DNA of 64,000 bases from the human T2T-CHM13v2.0 reference genome, Homo sapiens, in the NCBI RefSeq assembly GCF_009914755.1, contig NC_060937.1; one strand, 5' to 3'. The notes beneath the pieces are model-generated. The model was not told where the DNA came from. It worked only from the letters and a program-made list of their open reading frames with translations, and ran no database searches. This document shows, one piece after another, positions 12,250 through 27,200 of the stretch (its first letter is position 1; each line of letters starts with the position of its first letter). Position numbers and translations under genes: made by a program.

Positions 12250-13100
12250 TTGACCAGGAATGTTGCCTCCAGCTCTTCATCTCCCACTCCAATGGGGCTT
12301 TTGGCTTTTCCACTCCGGTGAAATGACTCTGAACAACGTCAATGAAAACCCTCATGCTCTCAATCCCATAGGTTTGTGCCTGTACCACCTTCCACAGCCT
12401 ACTAGCTGAATTCAGCTGATGGCTGCTCCTACATTCTAGAAGCAGTCTCTTGTCTTGGCATTTGTCTGGTTGTACTTTCTGTTTCCTCGTCCATCACTGC
12501 CCTCCTTCCCAGCCTCCTCTTTAAAGTCTGGCCAGACTTCAAAGTCAGGCTGTTCCTCTGTGTGCTGGGTCTTCTCATTTCTGCCTCATCTATCTACACC
12601 TTTCCTCTGGGTCATCTTTTCCTTCCCTGCAATGTTAAATGCCATATTTGTGCTGACGGCTCCACAATTTGGTCTCCAGCCCAACCCTCTTTGTCATATT
12701 TTGTTCCCCCTTTCTCACTATGCCCCTAGAAGACGCATTACACTTTTCTGCGTTGGGGCTTCAGACTTGCTGAATCCTGTTCCTGAGACGCTGGGCTTGT
12801 GGCTTTTCTTATTTCTTCTTTTGTCATCTTAAGTGTCACTTTTTCAGAAAGGCTATATCTCTGACTCTTCCTCATCTAACATAGGCACCCTGCCAATCAT
12901 TCTCCATCACATATCCTATTTATTTTCTTTTTAACATTTGTTCAAACTATCAACGTTTTGTTTATTCGTGACTTTTTTGATTATTTGTCAAACAGGTTCC
13001 AAGAGTGCTGAACTATGTCTGTTTTCCCAAGTACCTAGCATACTGCCAGATGCACTGTAGGTCCCTGATAAATTTTTGTTGAATAACTAAATGAATATGG
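12250..13100 (+). mobile_element. L2 LINE remnant(s) including 3' end
   Basis: Pyrimidine-rich L2-like body ending 'cctagcatactgcc..gcactgtagg..aaatttttgttgaataactaaatgaat'. Confidence 0.6.
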
Positions 13101-13218
13101 TTCTTCTGATTTCTTAAGCTAACAGAGTCCTCCTCATGCTGTTTTCTGGTGATCTAGGTATACAGTCTACAACAGAGCTCTTAGAGGTCTCTCCAAAGTA
13201 TCAAAGCTTCAAGGGAGG

Positions 13219-13867
<649 letters not shown>

Positions 13868-13944
13868 AAAAGTTTGAGGAAGAGGTGGATGACAAACAAT
13901 TCCCAGTCTACTTCTCTGAAGAGTTCCCTAAATGCCAATTCTGG

Positions 13945-14536
13945 GACATTATATTTTCCTGAGATGGCCACAAACATGCCTCCCAGCCCACATCATCTTC
14001 TTTAAAATATGACTTTGACATTCCTCCTGTTGATTGGTACGGTCTATATTCCAATATTGAATCTAGGCAAGTTTATAACTTTAGCAGAAATGATACTATG
14101 TCTTACAATTTCCCTTGAACAAAGAAACAAACAAGAAACAAGGCTACATCATAAAAGGCAACACAGCCTCCACCTGGTCTTCTAGTGATGCTTTCTCTTG
14201 AAACCTAGCTACCACCCAAGGAGAATGTTCAAGCCGCTATATGCAGAGGTGATGTTTAGGTGTGCTGGACAATAGCCTCAGCTGTGGTTACAGATGAAAG
14301 CCAGTATCAATACCAGACATGTGAGTGAGGAAACCTTCTAGATGATCCCAGTCCCCCAGTTAGCAAGTAATCCCAGCCTTTGAGTGTCCTGGTTGGAGTC
14401 TCTAACATGTAGCAGAAATAAGCCATCCTTAGACATCCACTGTCCAAATTCCTGACCCACAAAATCCATAAGCATAAGATAGTTTTTTGGGGCCATTATG
14501 TCTTGGAGTTTGCTGCAGCAATAGTAACTAGAATAC
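13945..14536 (+). mobile_element. MaLR LTR (MLT1 family)
   Basis: 'gatggccacaaa..cctccc', 'ccagacatgtgagtgaggaaaccttc', 'ccaaattcctgacccacaaaatcc', end 'gcagcaatagtaactagaata'. Confidence 0.7.
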
Positions 14537-15335
14537 CAATATACTTTGTTATTAGTTATAGAAAAATGTCTAACCTCCCAATATCAACTGGACCCCATTG
14601 AAAATTTGCAAGCAAGGGCTGTGTTTGGAGAGATGAACAGTTCTTTCAGGTCTGTATAAAAGTAACGTGCAGTGGTGCACTAGAGATAGCCCAGACTGGC
14701 ATGTGAGAGCCAGTTGTGTGCAGCTCTCCCCAACTGGTCATGTTGTATTTACAGCACGAAAATTGGCATTCGGGGCTTTATTTTTTTCCCAGAGAATTGG
14801 TTTACCAGCGTACCACTGGAAATTGCAGCTTCACTTCTTGATCTATTATTGAATTTCTGCCTTACTGCAAAACGAAACAAAAAAGAAAACATATTGGCTT
14901 TGTTGCCAGTTTTTTCACTAAGGCTGCTTTAAGGCTGGAGGTCTGTGGTGTTCCAAGAGCTGCTCATGAGCCTAGGACTTGCAGGTTGGTTTCCCGTGTT
15001 CTAGTGTTCTCTGTAAGTGCTTCCACATGGGCTGTCCCATCCCTGCAGCGTCCTTGACATACAGTGATAGGCAGAGGTGGAGCAAGCCTGAATGTTCTGG
15101 AGTGGGCCAAATGGCCCCATGATTCCCAAGAAAAGAGGGATTTTCCTCTCTTCACATAGTGTGTGTCCATGAAAAGCTCTCCTGCTGGCCATAGCTAGGC
15201 TACCAAAGGCTTGGCCAGCAGGCTCAGCACAGCTGCACTTTTAGATGGTGAGGCATAACAGGCAACTTCCGTACTCTTTTCTGTTGTGGCTGAGGACCAC
15301 ATATGGGGCTGAGATGTGCACAAAAAATTTAATCA

Positions 15336-15788
<453 letters not shown>

Positions 15789-16459
15789 TCATTATTAGAA
15801 TAGGGAGTTGGGCAGCAAGAGATGAAGTATCAAGCCTTGTGTTAGTCTAACACAGTGGGAATGCTAGGAGTAAAACCAAGTTTTCCATTTATTCAAACTA
15901 CAGTTTGAGGAAGAAATACTTTAAACTCTTTTAAGCATTTCTATTAACAATTTATCTTACAAATGTATTTACACATGGACAAGTTAACAAAGAGGTATTG
16001 TAAGGATGCTAATCAAGGCATCGTTTGAATTCATCAGTAACTTACTAGTTTAAAACATGATACTCCATGCAATAAAATATAAAAGGAAAAGCTTTTTCAA
16101 AAAAGGAGGTAGATGTGTATGTGTTCATATAGGAACATCTCTAAAATATATTAAGTGAAAAAAATAAAGTCAAAGCATAGTCTGTTGGTAATATTGCAAG
16201 TTGGTGAAAGATAATACATTCATATATGTGAGTATATGGATGGAAAATGTCTGGAAGGAAGCAGAAAAAACTTGGAGAGAATTAGGTAAATGGGACAAGA
16301 AATTTGGGGTAGAAAACACCTTGTTTTTCATTGTATTAGGCTTTATACTGTTTGAAATTTTTACCATTTGCACATATTTTTAAGTTTAAGAAATCACATC
16401 CCAACTCAATAATGACTTAATATTTAATAGAGTAATTTTTGTTAAGATACTCGAAATCT

Positions 16460-16878
16460 TGTATGGTTTGAATGTATTTCCCAAAAGTTCACGTGTTGGC
16501 TGAAAACTTGGTTCCCAATGCAGTAGTTTTGAGAGGTGGAACATTTGGGAGGTGTTTGGGTCTTAAAGATTCTGTCCTCATGAATGAGCTAATCTACTCA
16601 TGAATTAATGGATTACCGAGGGATTGGGTTAGTTATCACAAGAGTGGGCCTGTTATAAAAGCCAGTTTGGCCAACTCTCATGAGCCCCCTCACCACGTGA
16701 TGCCCTACGCCACCTCAACACTCTGCAGAGAGTCCCCACCAGCAAGAAGGCCCTCACCAGATACAGCCCCTAAATCTTGGACATCCCAGCCTCCAGAACT
16801 ATAAGAAATCAATTCTTTTCTTTGTAAAATTCCCAGTCTCAAGTACTCAGTTATAGCAAAAGGAAGCAGACTAAGATA
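16460..16878 (+). mobile_element. MaLR LTR (MST family)
   Basis: Starts tgtatggtttgaatgt; contains 'aagaaggccctcaccagat', 'cccagcctccagaact'; ends 'gttatagc..cagactaagata'. Confidence 0.8.
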
Positions 16879-19479
16879 AAATCCTTTTAGACAATTTTTT
16901 CCTCTTCATTTCTATTGTGTCTGAGACCCCTCAGTTTTCATCTTTGGTTACATGGACACACCCTTGGAAATTTGCTGCTACCTCAAGCAGCTCACAGAGG
17001 CATTTGTCTGCAAAAACGTTGTCTGTTTTATTTATTACTCTATCTCCAGCACCTAGAACAGCACCTGGTGCACAGTGGGAGCAAATCATTAAAATACATA
17101 GCATGTCAGATGGTGGCTAGTGCTATGAAGAAAATAAAGCAGAGCAGGGAAGGGTGAGGTATAATTTTTAAAAGCTGATCCGGGAAAGTTTCCTTGGTAA
17201 GTTGATAACTGAGTAAAGACTTAAAGAATTTAATAAAGCAAGGCACAAGGCTATCAGGTGGAAGAGATTTCGGGCAGAAGAGTACCAAGTGCCAAGGCCC
17301 TGAGGTGGATATGCTTGATCAAACAGTAAGCTGAATTCTTTTAAACTTTACATTTCAAATATACACAGATCACTTGTGAACTTACCATGAGACATTAATA
17401 CAATAAATTTGATCTACTTCATCATTTATTTAATTCCTAGGGTTAAAGACATTAACCAAGTAAACAATTTTATTATCTCAAGCAAATGGGGATTACTGTT
17501 CTAACTGCAGCAGGCTGCAGTTACTAGCCCAAGACAACAGGGCTGACTCTCCCAAGAAAGCCAGAGTGATTCCTCTAAGAATCCAAGTTGCTTATTAACT
17601 AGTTATAGATATTTGGGGCAGTTTTGCCAATGACCTTGAGCAAGAAGACTTGAGCTTCCTTCTATAGACATTATCCCAATAAGGACGCCGCGTGCACTTC
17701 TGCCCAGTGGAGTTGCCTTTCAGCCTGTATACCTGGATTCAGGTTCACATTGACTAATTCTCAGATCTGATTTGGATCTGCAACCACCTTGACTGGAATC
17801 AATAAACCTCTCTGTTACCCGATTCTCAGCCTCTCTAACTAGGAGCCACAGCTTCCCCAGCCATTGTGATGACATCATGTTTCACTTTTCCAGCAAGCCT
17901 TTCTGACTCTCGCTGACTTCTTAAATGATGATGTACCCAAGGTCTGTTTTGACTTTTTTCTCTCTCTCCCTCTGGCACTGGCTCCCACTTAGATGCTTAT
18001 AACACCCTGTCTGTGCTGATCCACAAGGAGAAGTGAGACCATTTCCACCTTTACCCCATACCATCCATCACCACTGTAACTTATAAATAATGCCACCTGC
18101 TGAGTGTTCAACAGAAAACCAATGACATGGTAAATAATGTTAATCATATATAAAAGGAAACAAAGAGAGTGTGCATAAATACAAAACATGCAATTTGTGT
18201 TAGCCCAAAGCCAGTCAAGCTAGTTTGCTAGTAGCTTCCTCTTGGAGAGGCACAATTAGAGTGGTATATTTAATTAAGGAAGCTGAAATCTGAGCAATTG
18301 CATTTTGGTCTTTTTGAAGAAAGATTTGCATGGAAGATTGTGGTCAGCAGGTAGCTAGGGAAAGAGCCACAAGACAGTGCAACTCTGTCCAAGTGTCTAA
18401 TGCACAGACCAGAGGAGAGGGAGTCCCTGTGGACTGACCAGAGAGCTCGTGTTCCCCCATGGTTTGCCTGAAGTAAGCAGTCTGGAGCCAGGGCACTCAA
18501 GAAAGGGCGGCATTTGGGGGGATTATGTGAGTAAGGAAGAAAAAAGTAGAAAAAGCACCGATGTCCCAGCCCATTCCCCAACCCAGGTCCTTGGGTAGAT
18601 CCCCTCCATGGGTGCGGACATACGTTTCCTCAAGCAACTGTGGTTTACCACAGACATTGTGTTATTACCTCCTCCGGGACTATGGATCATTGACTTGGGG
18701 CATGCTGTCATCATTTCCAGGGAGAGCAAAAGGAAGAGATCATGTATTTGAGATGGTGCACTCAGGAATCAAATCACCTAGGTTGAAATCCCAGGTCAGC
18801 TACTTTCTTGACTGTATGCTTTAGCAAGTTACTTGCCTCGTTGTACCTCCATTTTCCTATCTGCAAATTGGGTAAATATACCGTCTAACTCACAGGACTT
18901 GAAGAATGCAAAGAGTTAATATATTTAAAGGGTGAAGAATAGTGCCTGTCTCAGAGTCAAATTCTCAGTATTATGCTGATGAGGACAGAAGGAATACCAC
19001 AAATCTCAGCAGTTGTGAGCTTAGAACTTTTATTGTGCCTCTCCCAACTTCTGCTCATCAGAGCAGAGCTTGTGTCTCACTGATTCTTTTCCCCCAAGGC
19101 AATTATATCAGAAGCATGGTGCTTATCCTTCTTTAGTGATTTTTTCCTAAGACCTAAGCAGAAGAGATGAATCAAATGACTATTTGCTAAACTGCTCTGT
19201 CAGCTTCAAGGCAAAAAGTTTAGTAAATTAAAACATTCTTCCAGCTGGCTCCTGTTGAGAGTGCAAAGTTACCTTTTGACTTATGATATATTTTGCACCA
19301 AATATTTCTAAATACCAAATATTTCCGTACCCTTGTGTTTTTCTTTTGTTAACTGTTTGCTGCTTTGTTCTGTTTTTATAAGGGGCAAAAACCATTGTAG
19401 AAAAAAAAGTATCGTATATTTGTAAAAACCGCTTTAAAGTTTTGTTTTGTTTTTTGTGTTGACTTTTTCTTGTTGCTGT

Positions 19480-19722
<243 letters not shown>

Positions 19723-20249
19723 TAAGACAGTCTTGACAGGGGCTAGCACATGTACATAAATATGCTGGACCCACAATTCAATAAGAATCATTTCTCTCAC
19801 TTCCCTAGCTTGGAGTCCGTGTATCTTTAGGCAGCAAATGTATTGAGCCACTGTTTTCTTTGGGAGTTGTATTTCTTACTATGAATTAATAAACTGACAT
19901 GTACATCAATCTTTTGTGAGTTTTGTCTGTTTTGAGCGGACCCTAAAAGACTGGTTCATTTCAGAAGCTCTAGAAAGCAGGAGTGTCCTATTCTCTAAAG
20001 TCTCTGCAATACTGTGACTACACCCAGGTATGATTGCCAATATGAGGCTATGACTTGGGGACCTCCTAGCTCACCTTTGCAACATCTCTAGTTGGTTCTT
20101 AGTTACTACAACTACTGCATTTATATATCCTATGATAACCTCTCTCTGCAACTGCCCAGTGGACTTTAACTTAATGTCTACCTGAAGCTCAACAATTCTA
20201 AGACATAATTTATAGTATTGCCCTGCAAGCCCATTCTTCCTGCTACTTC

Positions 20250-21330
20250 TAGAGGTGTCAGGAGACCAAAGAAAGGCCTTAAGCAGAGTAGAAACAAGAT
20301 CTGGTTTGCATTTCTGTACGAGTTCTCTACCTGGTATAGAAAATAGATTGTCAGAGGGCAGGAGTGGATACAGGAGGGCCAGGTAGCATGCTGCAATTTA
20401 TCTAGGTCTGCAATGACATTGACCTGGACTGAGGAGGTGACACAGGAGATGAAAAGAATTGGACAATTCGGGAGACATTTATGAGGTGTATTTGTGATGG
20501 CTGATATGAAAGGTGGAAGAGGCTGGGTGTGGTGGCTCACGCCTGTAATCCCAGCACTTTGGGAGGTCGAGGCGGGCAGATCACCTGAGGTAAGAAGTTC
20601 AAGACCAACCTGGCCAACACAACAAAACCGGGTATCTACCAAAAATACAAAATTTAGCCAGGTATGTTGGTGGGCGCCTGTAATTCCAGTTACTGGGGAG
20701 ACTGAGGCAGGAGAATCGCTTGAACCTGAGAGGTGGAGGTTGCAGTGAGCCAAGATCACGCCACTGCACAACACCGTGGGTGACACAGCAAGACCCCATC
20801 TCAAAAAAAAGATGGAAGAGATGGAGGCATCAAATACGGCTCCCTGATATCAGGTGGATCATTTACTCAGAAACATGGAGGAAAAGCAGCATATCTGGGG
20901 AGGAAAACCATAGTTACTGTTTTGGACATGCTGAATCTGGTATATCTCTGAGCCATCCAAGTAAAAATGCTATGTAGAGAATTAGACTTAGGGTTGAAGC
21001 TCAGCTGGGGGAAATGGGCCAAAGACATAAATTTAGAAGTCATCTGCATATTAATAGTGCTTATACTCATGAGAATGCACAGGATCTCCAAGGAAATGAG
21101 TGGAGAATGAGAAGACAAAGGGGGGTGTAATGGACTGAAATAGAGATTCCAATGCTCCAATACTAGAAGCCAGATTGATCTCTACGACCTAGCAAAGGAA
21201 TCAGAGAAGCAGTATCCAGAGAGGTGGGAGATAAACCAGCAAGAGTGATGGCATGGATGCCAAGGAGAGGAAGTGCTCCCGGGAGGGAGCATGGCCGCCT
21301 GTGTGGGCTGTGGCTGAGACGTCAAGTTCA
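20250..21330 (-). mobile_element. L2 remnant interrupted by Alu
   Basis: 'ttttggacatgctgaatctgg', 'ataaatttagaagtcatctgcata', 'ggatgccaaggagaggaagtg' are antisense L2-like. Confidence 0.6.
20521..20810 (+). mobile_element. Alu (AluS)
   Basis: Full dimer; TSD aaag(g/a)tggaaga. Confidence 0.95.
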
Positions 21331-22769
21331 AGTTTCTACAATCTTTCTCTTAGGAAAAATCCTATAATAGTAACAGAAAATGTTTATTTAAAAAAAAAAC
21401 CCTCTGCATATGCAATGTAAATCCCAGTTCCATTTACTAAAACAACTTTTCAAAAATTATTTATGTAGCACCAAATTAAAGAATTTTAGAAAATATATAA
21501 TTGTTCATCCAGAAAGTTGTCATTGCAATGCCAGACATTTGAATGTTTTCAAATATCTCAGTGTTTGGCATCTTGTAAACCAAACAGGCAGATGTTCGGC
21601 AGACATTTTTCCCCCCAGGAATCATCCTGATATTTAGCATCATGTATAAAACAACCCAAAACTTCCCACAGCTAACTGACCCCACATTCCCACCTTTCTC
21701 ACTAACATCCAGTGGCTGCACCTTGATCTCTTTGGTTAATGCACTACTGGCTTCTTAACTCACTTAGAACACCATTTGTCAGTGTTCTCAGACTCACAGA
21801 TAAAATATTACATGCATCCCCTCCCACCATGAAGCCAAATCCAGATAAATTTTGATTCAGTAGCATAAGCCCTCTGAGATCCCCGTGTCGGGCTTTGCTT
21901 GTTTCCAAGGTGATGAAACCCTGCAGCTAGTTACTATTCCAAAGCACACAGCCAGATTCCCATCACTATGATATATTCCATTTTCTATTCAATTTCATCC
22001 TCAGGAGAAAACTCAGGGGTTATATGGAATTGCACATTTAGACTTGCCCTTCTGTCAAACATTAATAGAATCATGGAATCATAAGGCAGAGGGAGACCTG
22101 GGGAACTCATGGACTCAATCTCCTCCCCTCAGCAGGTGGATGTTTAACCTAACTCCAAGGAACTGAGGATCGTCCTATTTAAAAGATAGCCCCTTTATCC
22201 TCCAGAGGCAAAGATTCTACATCCTCCAAAAAACAATTCCCGGTGCTTAGCAACCTCTACCCTGTGAGCACCCTGAGGTAGCACAGCATCCACAGCTATC
22301 ACAGTTGGGGATTGCCAGTCAAAGATAGACTGGGAAGAAAATGACCTACTGCACCTACAGATGACTCACATAGAGTACTTGTAATTTTGGAAAACGTTAT
22401 GAAGAAGTAAAAGCATCAAAGCACAGCCAGTTCATAGTATAATGTTTTTCAGATTAGATTACTCAGCTTGGAAGCGTCCAGAGGTCACCCACCATCCACT
22501 TGGGTTGCTTCTTGAGGGGTTGTGGGAATTAACCATTGTCACTCAGTGTACTCTATTTTCATGCCTCTTCCAGTAAGTAAATCTCCCAGTGGGAGGAAAC
22601 CTAGTTATGTGAACTGTGTCAGCTCTCCCACATATTCTGCTTTGCCCGTGATGAACACTTGAATAAAACTCGAAGTCTTTTTTAAAAAGAGAGTGAACAT
22701 CTTTGGGAATTCCTCTAGTTTCCTCTATAGGATTAGAAGAGGCATCAGAACATTCCCAGCTCATGTGCT

Positions 22770-24150
22770 CAGTCACTTTTCGGCAACATTTGCAGAATGC
22801 CTGCTGTGTGCTAGGCTGGGCGTTCAGTGCTAGGCATTGAAGCGTTTCTTGTAATAACACTTACCATGTGGCAGGCACTATGTTAGACGGTGAAAGTACA
22901 GTGATAAGCAGGATAGTCTGGTCTTCATGGAGCTTATAATTTAGAGGTGGGAAAGAGGAAATAGTCAAAGAATCACATGAAGAAATACAAAATGATTTTG
23001 TTAAGGTCCTCTGAATGCATAAAAGAGGGGTGTCAATCTAGTCAGGAAGGAAATAATGACTGAAAGGTGATCTAATGACTAAATAGGAGTTAACCAGATG
23101 AAGATGGGCTAAGAAGAGTATTCCAGGTAGAGTACCTGGCATATGCAAAGGCTCTGTGCCTGGAGAGGAAGCCTGTCCTGTGAGGAACTAAAGAAGGCCG
23201 GTGTACTTGGAGTGCAGAGAATGCAAATAAAGTAGGGGGAGGACTATGATGACGCATGGAGGGCTTGTCTCCATCCTAAGTGCAACAGGATGCTATTGCA
23301 GTCTTTCAGCTATGGAGGGGACAATATGGCCAGATTTGTCCTCCAGGAAGAACACTCTGGCTGTGGTATGGCAATTGGATATAAGGGGGCAGGAATGGAT
23401 GTGGGAAGCCATTTGAAAGATTAATGTGTTAAGCTAGGCTAGAGAGAAAGGAAGAATGGAATTAAGATGGTAGCAATGGAATTGAAGATGAGGAAAAAAT
23501 TTCAGGGCATTTCTAGCAAGCAGAAATGACTAGGCTTAGCGGTGAACTGATAAGTAGTTAAGGCAGAGGGAATTTTTAGGGATGACAGCTAGAAAAAGGC
23601 TTGTATAATAGAGCTCGATGATGGTACCGCACACTGAGATAAGGAACAGGGAATCATGGCAGGGGTGACCGTGTGGGTGAGGGACTGCGGGTGGTAATTA
23701 TGAGTTTAGTTTTACATAACCATAATTGGAAGTGCCCTGAAGACATGCAAGGAAAGATGTCAAGGACATAATGAGATCAACAGGGCTGAGGCACAGAGGA
23801 GATGCTGGAGCTAAAGATTCATATTTGGAGTTATGTACATGTCAGATGAAATTATGGGCCCAGGGATAGAGTGCTAATAAGAACAGAGAGCCTAAGAACA
23901 AGCTTTGGGGACTGCAGTCCATAAAGACTGGGTAGGCGGGGTGGCATAGGAGGCAAAGGAGACAGGACAAGAGGTGCAGGATGAAAACCAGGGGCCCTTG
24001 TATCTTAGGAAACAGGAGAAGAGACCATTTCAAGAAGGAAGGAGGAAGCGACATGTCTAAGGAACTGCAACCTACCTGTAATGGAAGGGAAATGGAGATA
24101 ACAAATATGGACAATGGTTTCAGAAAATCTGCTGTGTGAAGGAGTAGCAC
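22770..24150 (-). mobile_element. L2 remnant
   Basis: 'accatgtggcaggcactatgttagac', 'tcatggagcttataatttag', 'cactctggctgtggtatgg', purine-rich antisense L2 pattern. Boundaries approximate. Confidence 0.6.
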
Positions 24151-25044
24151 CTGCTGAAAGGAGATGTGGAGTTAATCTTTTTTTTCTTTTTTAACATGAA
24201 AAAGTTAAGTGTATGTAATGCTAATGGGAGAGACCCCATAGAAGACTGAAGATGCTACAGAGAGAAGGAGCAAGCGATAGTGTAACATTTCTGAGAGGGG
24301 TGAAGAGGATCTAGGTGGATTGACCTTATTTGTAAAGTAGTCATTGTAAAAGGGATGACCAGGTCAGGTTCTCAGACTGTATTAAAAACAACAACCACGC
24401 AACTCACTGCAGGAGCAAGCAGCATCATTGCCAGCACCAGGGAACCCCAAAGAAGCTTCCAGTTGTGCTTCTTGTTGCCACCCTGAGGACAGCCAAGCTA
24501 GTCAGGCAGCTGCCTACTGGTCCGCCCCTAGAGTGGTTGTCTGTGCCTGAGGCTTTGCTCAAGCCCACCCAGTGAGGCAACCTCTTTCTTCAGTCAGTGG
24601 CCCATGATACTCGTGAAGCTACAACTCAGAAAAAGGGCTCTGGACCCACAGGCACGGTACTGCCAAAAAGCAAGCAAATGAGCCGAGTGCACCAATGGAT
24701 GTTGTGATAAAAGTTATGATAAAAGGCCCAGGGACCTATTATGGGGGGTAAAGAGGATTCCCTCAGCCTAACTTGGAACTTGAGAAAAGTTATCACATTG
24801 TTTTCAAACTGCCTAGTTACTTTTCACCCCTGGAATATAGCTGACAGCTGCTAGGGGCCAGGATTGTGCCCTTTTTATCTGTGTCCCCAGTACCTAATGC
24901 AGTCCCTGATACAGAGTAATTGATGAGCCAGGAGGACAGGGCCCATCACAAGGAAAGTAGAGAGAAGTGGTGCTGGAAGATGAACCAAGGTATGTGCCTG
25001 TATTTGGTATTCTGTGAGATGGTAGCAATGAAAATAATTTTTCT

Positions 25045-25347
25045 TTTCTTTTTTTTTTTTTTTGAGATAGGGTTATATTCTGCGGCCCAGGCTGGAATGC
25101 AATGGTGTGATTCTAGCTCACTGCAGCCTCCAACTCCTGGGCTCAAGCAATCCTCCCATCTCAGCCTCCTGAGTAGCTGAGACTACAGGCATGCAACCCA
25201 CCATGCCCAGCCAATTTTTTAAATTTTTGTAGAGACAGGGTCTTGAAATGTTGCCCACGCTGGTTTTGAACTCCTGGCATCAAGTGATCCTCCCCTCTCA
25301 GTTTCCCGTAGCGCTGGGATTACAGGTCTGGGCCACCATGCCCAGTC
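25045..25347 (-). mobile_element. Alu (AluJ-like)
   Basis: Antisense dimer with poly(T); 'ctcctgggctcaagcaatcctccc' is AluJ-type. Confidence 0.9.
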
Positions 25348-25895
25348 ACAATGAAAGTTCTTAAAGCTGTGCTGTGGGCCAGCAACTCAAAGCAGTAGGT
25401 ATGTCCAAAGACCTTTAGGGTAGCTCAATTGAGATACCTAAGTAGGAGTTTTTATGAGGCTAAGGAATAGGTAGGGAGACAGAAATGAGGGTAGGAAGGA
25501 CTGGAACGAGTGGTCATAAATTTGTATCTTGGAGTTTCAAATTGCAGTGTTAGAGCAGGTACAAAATGAAGACAAAAATTTAGGTAGACAGGATGATTCT
25601 GAGCCAAATGCCAAGGTCCTCACTGGGCCGGGGGAGGTGCCAGGATGTCTGTAGTAACAACACACCAGCAGCCACGAGGAGTGGGGCTGGAAGAATGGTT
25701 TCTGCCCTTCCCCTCTTGGTCTCTTTGCTGAATTCTACTCTTTAAAACTCAACTTACGTGATCTATTCTCTGAAACCTGTGCTCATCACTTCCTGCTCTT
25801 TTCCTCTTGTCCCTGAACCCCTCCCTTCCCATCCTCCTGAGGATGTGTCATTTTCTCCATTCCATGGGCTCTAACAGAATCTTGCACAGCTTTCC

Positions 25896-26102
25896 TTCTT
25901 TTTTTTTTTTTTTTTTTTTTGAGACAGGGTCTTGCTCTGTCACCTAGGCTGGAGTGCAGTGGTGTAATCTCAGCTCACTTCAACCTCCACCTCCAGGTTC
26001 GAAAAATTCCCTTGCCTCCGCCTCCTGAGTAGCTGGAATTACAGGTGTCTGCCACCACACCCGGCTAATTTTTGTATTTTTAGTAGAGATGGCATTTCAC
26101 CA
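25896..26102 (-). mobile_element. 5'-truncated Alu
   Basis: Poly(T) plus right monomer; 13-bp TSD ttgcacagctttc on both sides. Confidence 0.92.
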
Positions 26103-26777
26103 TTGCACAGCTTTCTGAACTGAATTGCATATGCCACTGTCATAGCATTAGTTTACATTGTATTGAGGTTTGAGATTTATTTGCTTGGATCTCCCACTAA
26201 TGATTGGCAGGGTCCAAGGGCAGGATTTCTGTCTTATTTGGACCAGATCCAACAGGATAGTTGGGTTAGTATAATTTGGAAGAGTGAGTGCATGAATGCA
26301 TGACATTCCTGTGGACAGGGACAAGAGCACTGGGACAGTCAGATGCAGAACCAGAAAGAGGTCATGAAGAAAGATTCAGATATGGAAGCTGACCACAGAG
26401 TAAAATGATAATACCCAATACTTCCTATGTGCCAGGCACTATCTCAGTACTCTCTGCGTGATAACATCTCAGTCCTCATAAAGACCTCAGTATGCCTGCG
26501 ATGCAAACAACTGAGTCCCGGAGAGGTTAAGTAACTTGCCCCAGTTCACAAGCCTAGCAGGTGATAGAGGGAGAGGGAAGACTTGGGCTTGTGCACTGTG
26601 GCTGGAGAGAAACTCAGTCTTACCCATGATAAGATCCTGCCTCCCACATGATATGGCTTCAAAGGCAGTGTTATGAGTCGAATTGTGTCCGCCAAAATTA
26701 ATGTGGTAATATCCTAATCCCCAGTACCTCAGAATGCGACTGTATTTTGAGACAGGGTCTTTAAAGAAGTGATTCAG

Positions 26778-27200
<423 letters not shown>

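Noticed and set aside
17045-17065. RE1/REST-like site tccagcacctagaacagcacc
   Set aside because: L2-derived and carries GAACAG instead of the critical GGACAG.
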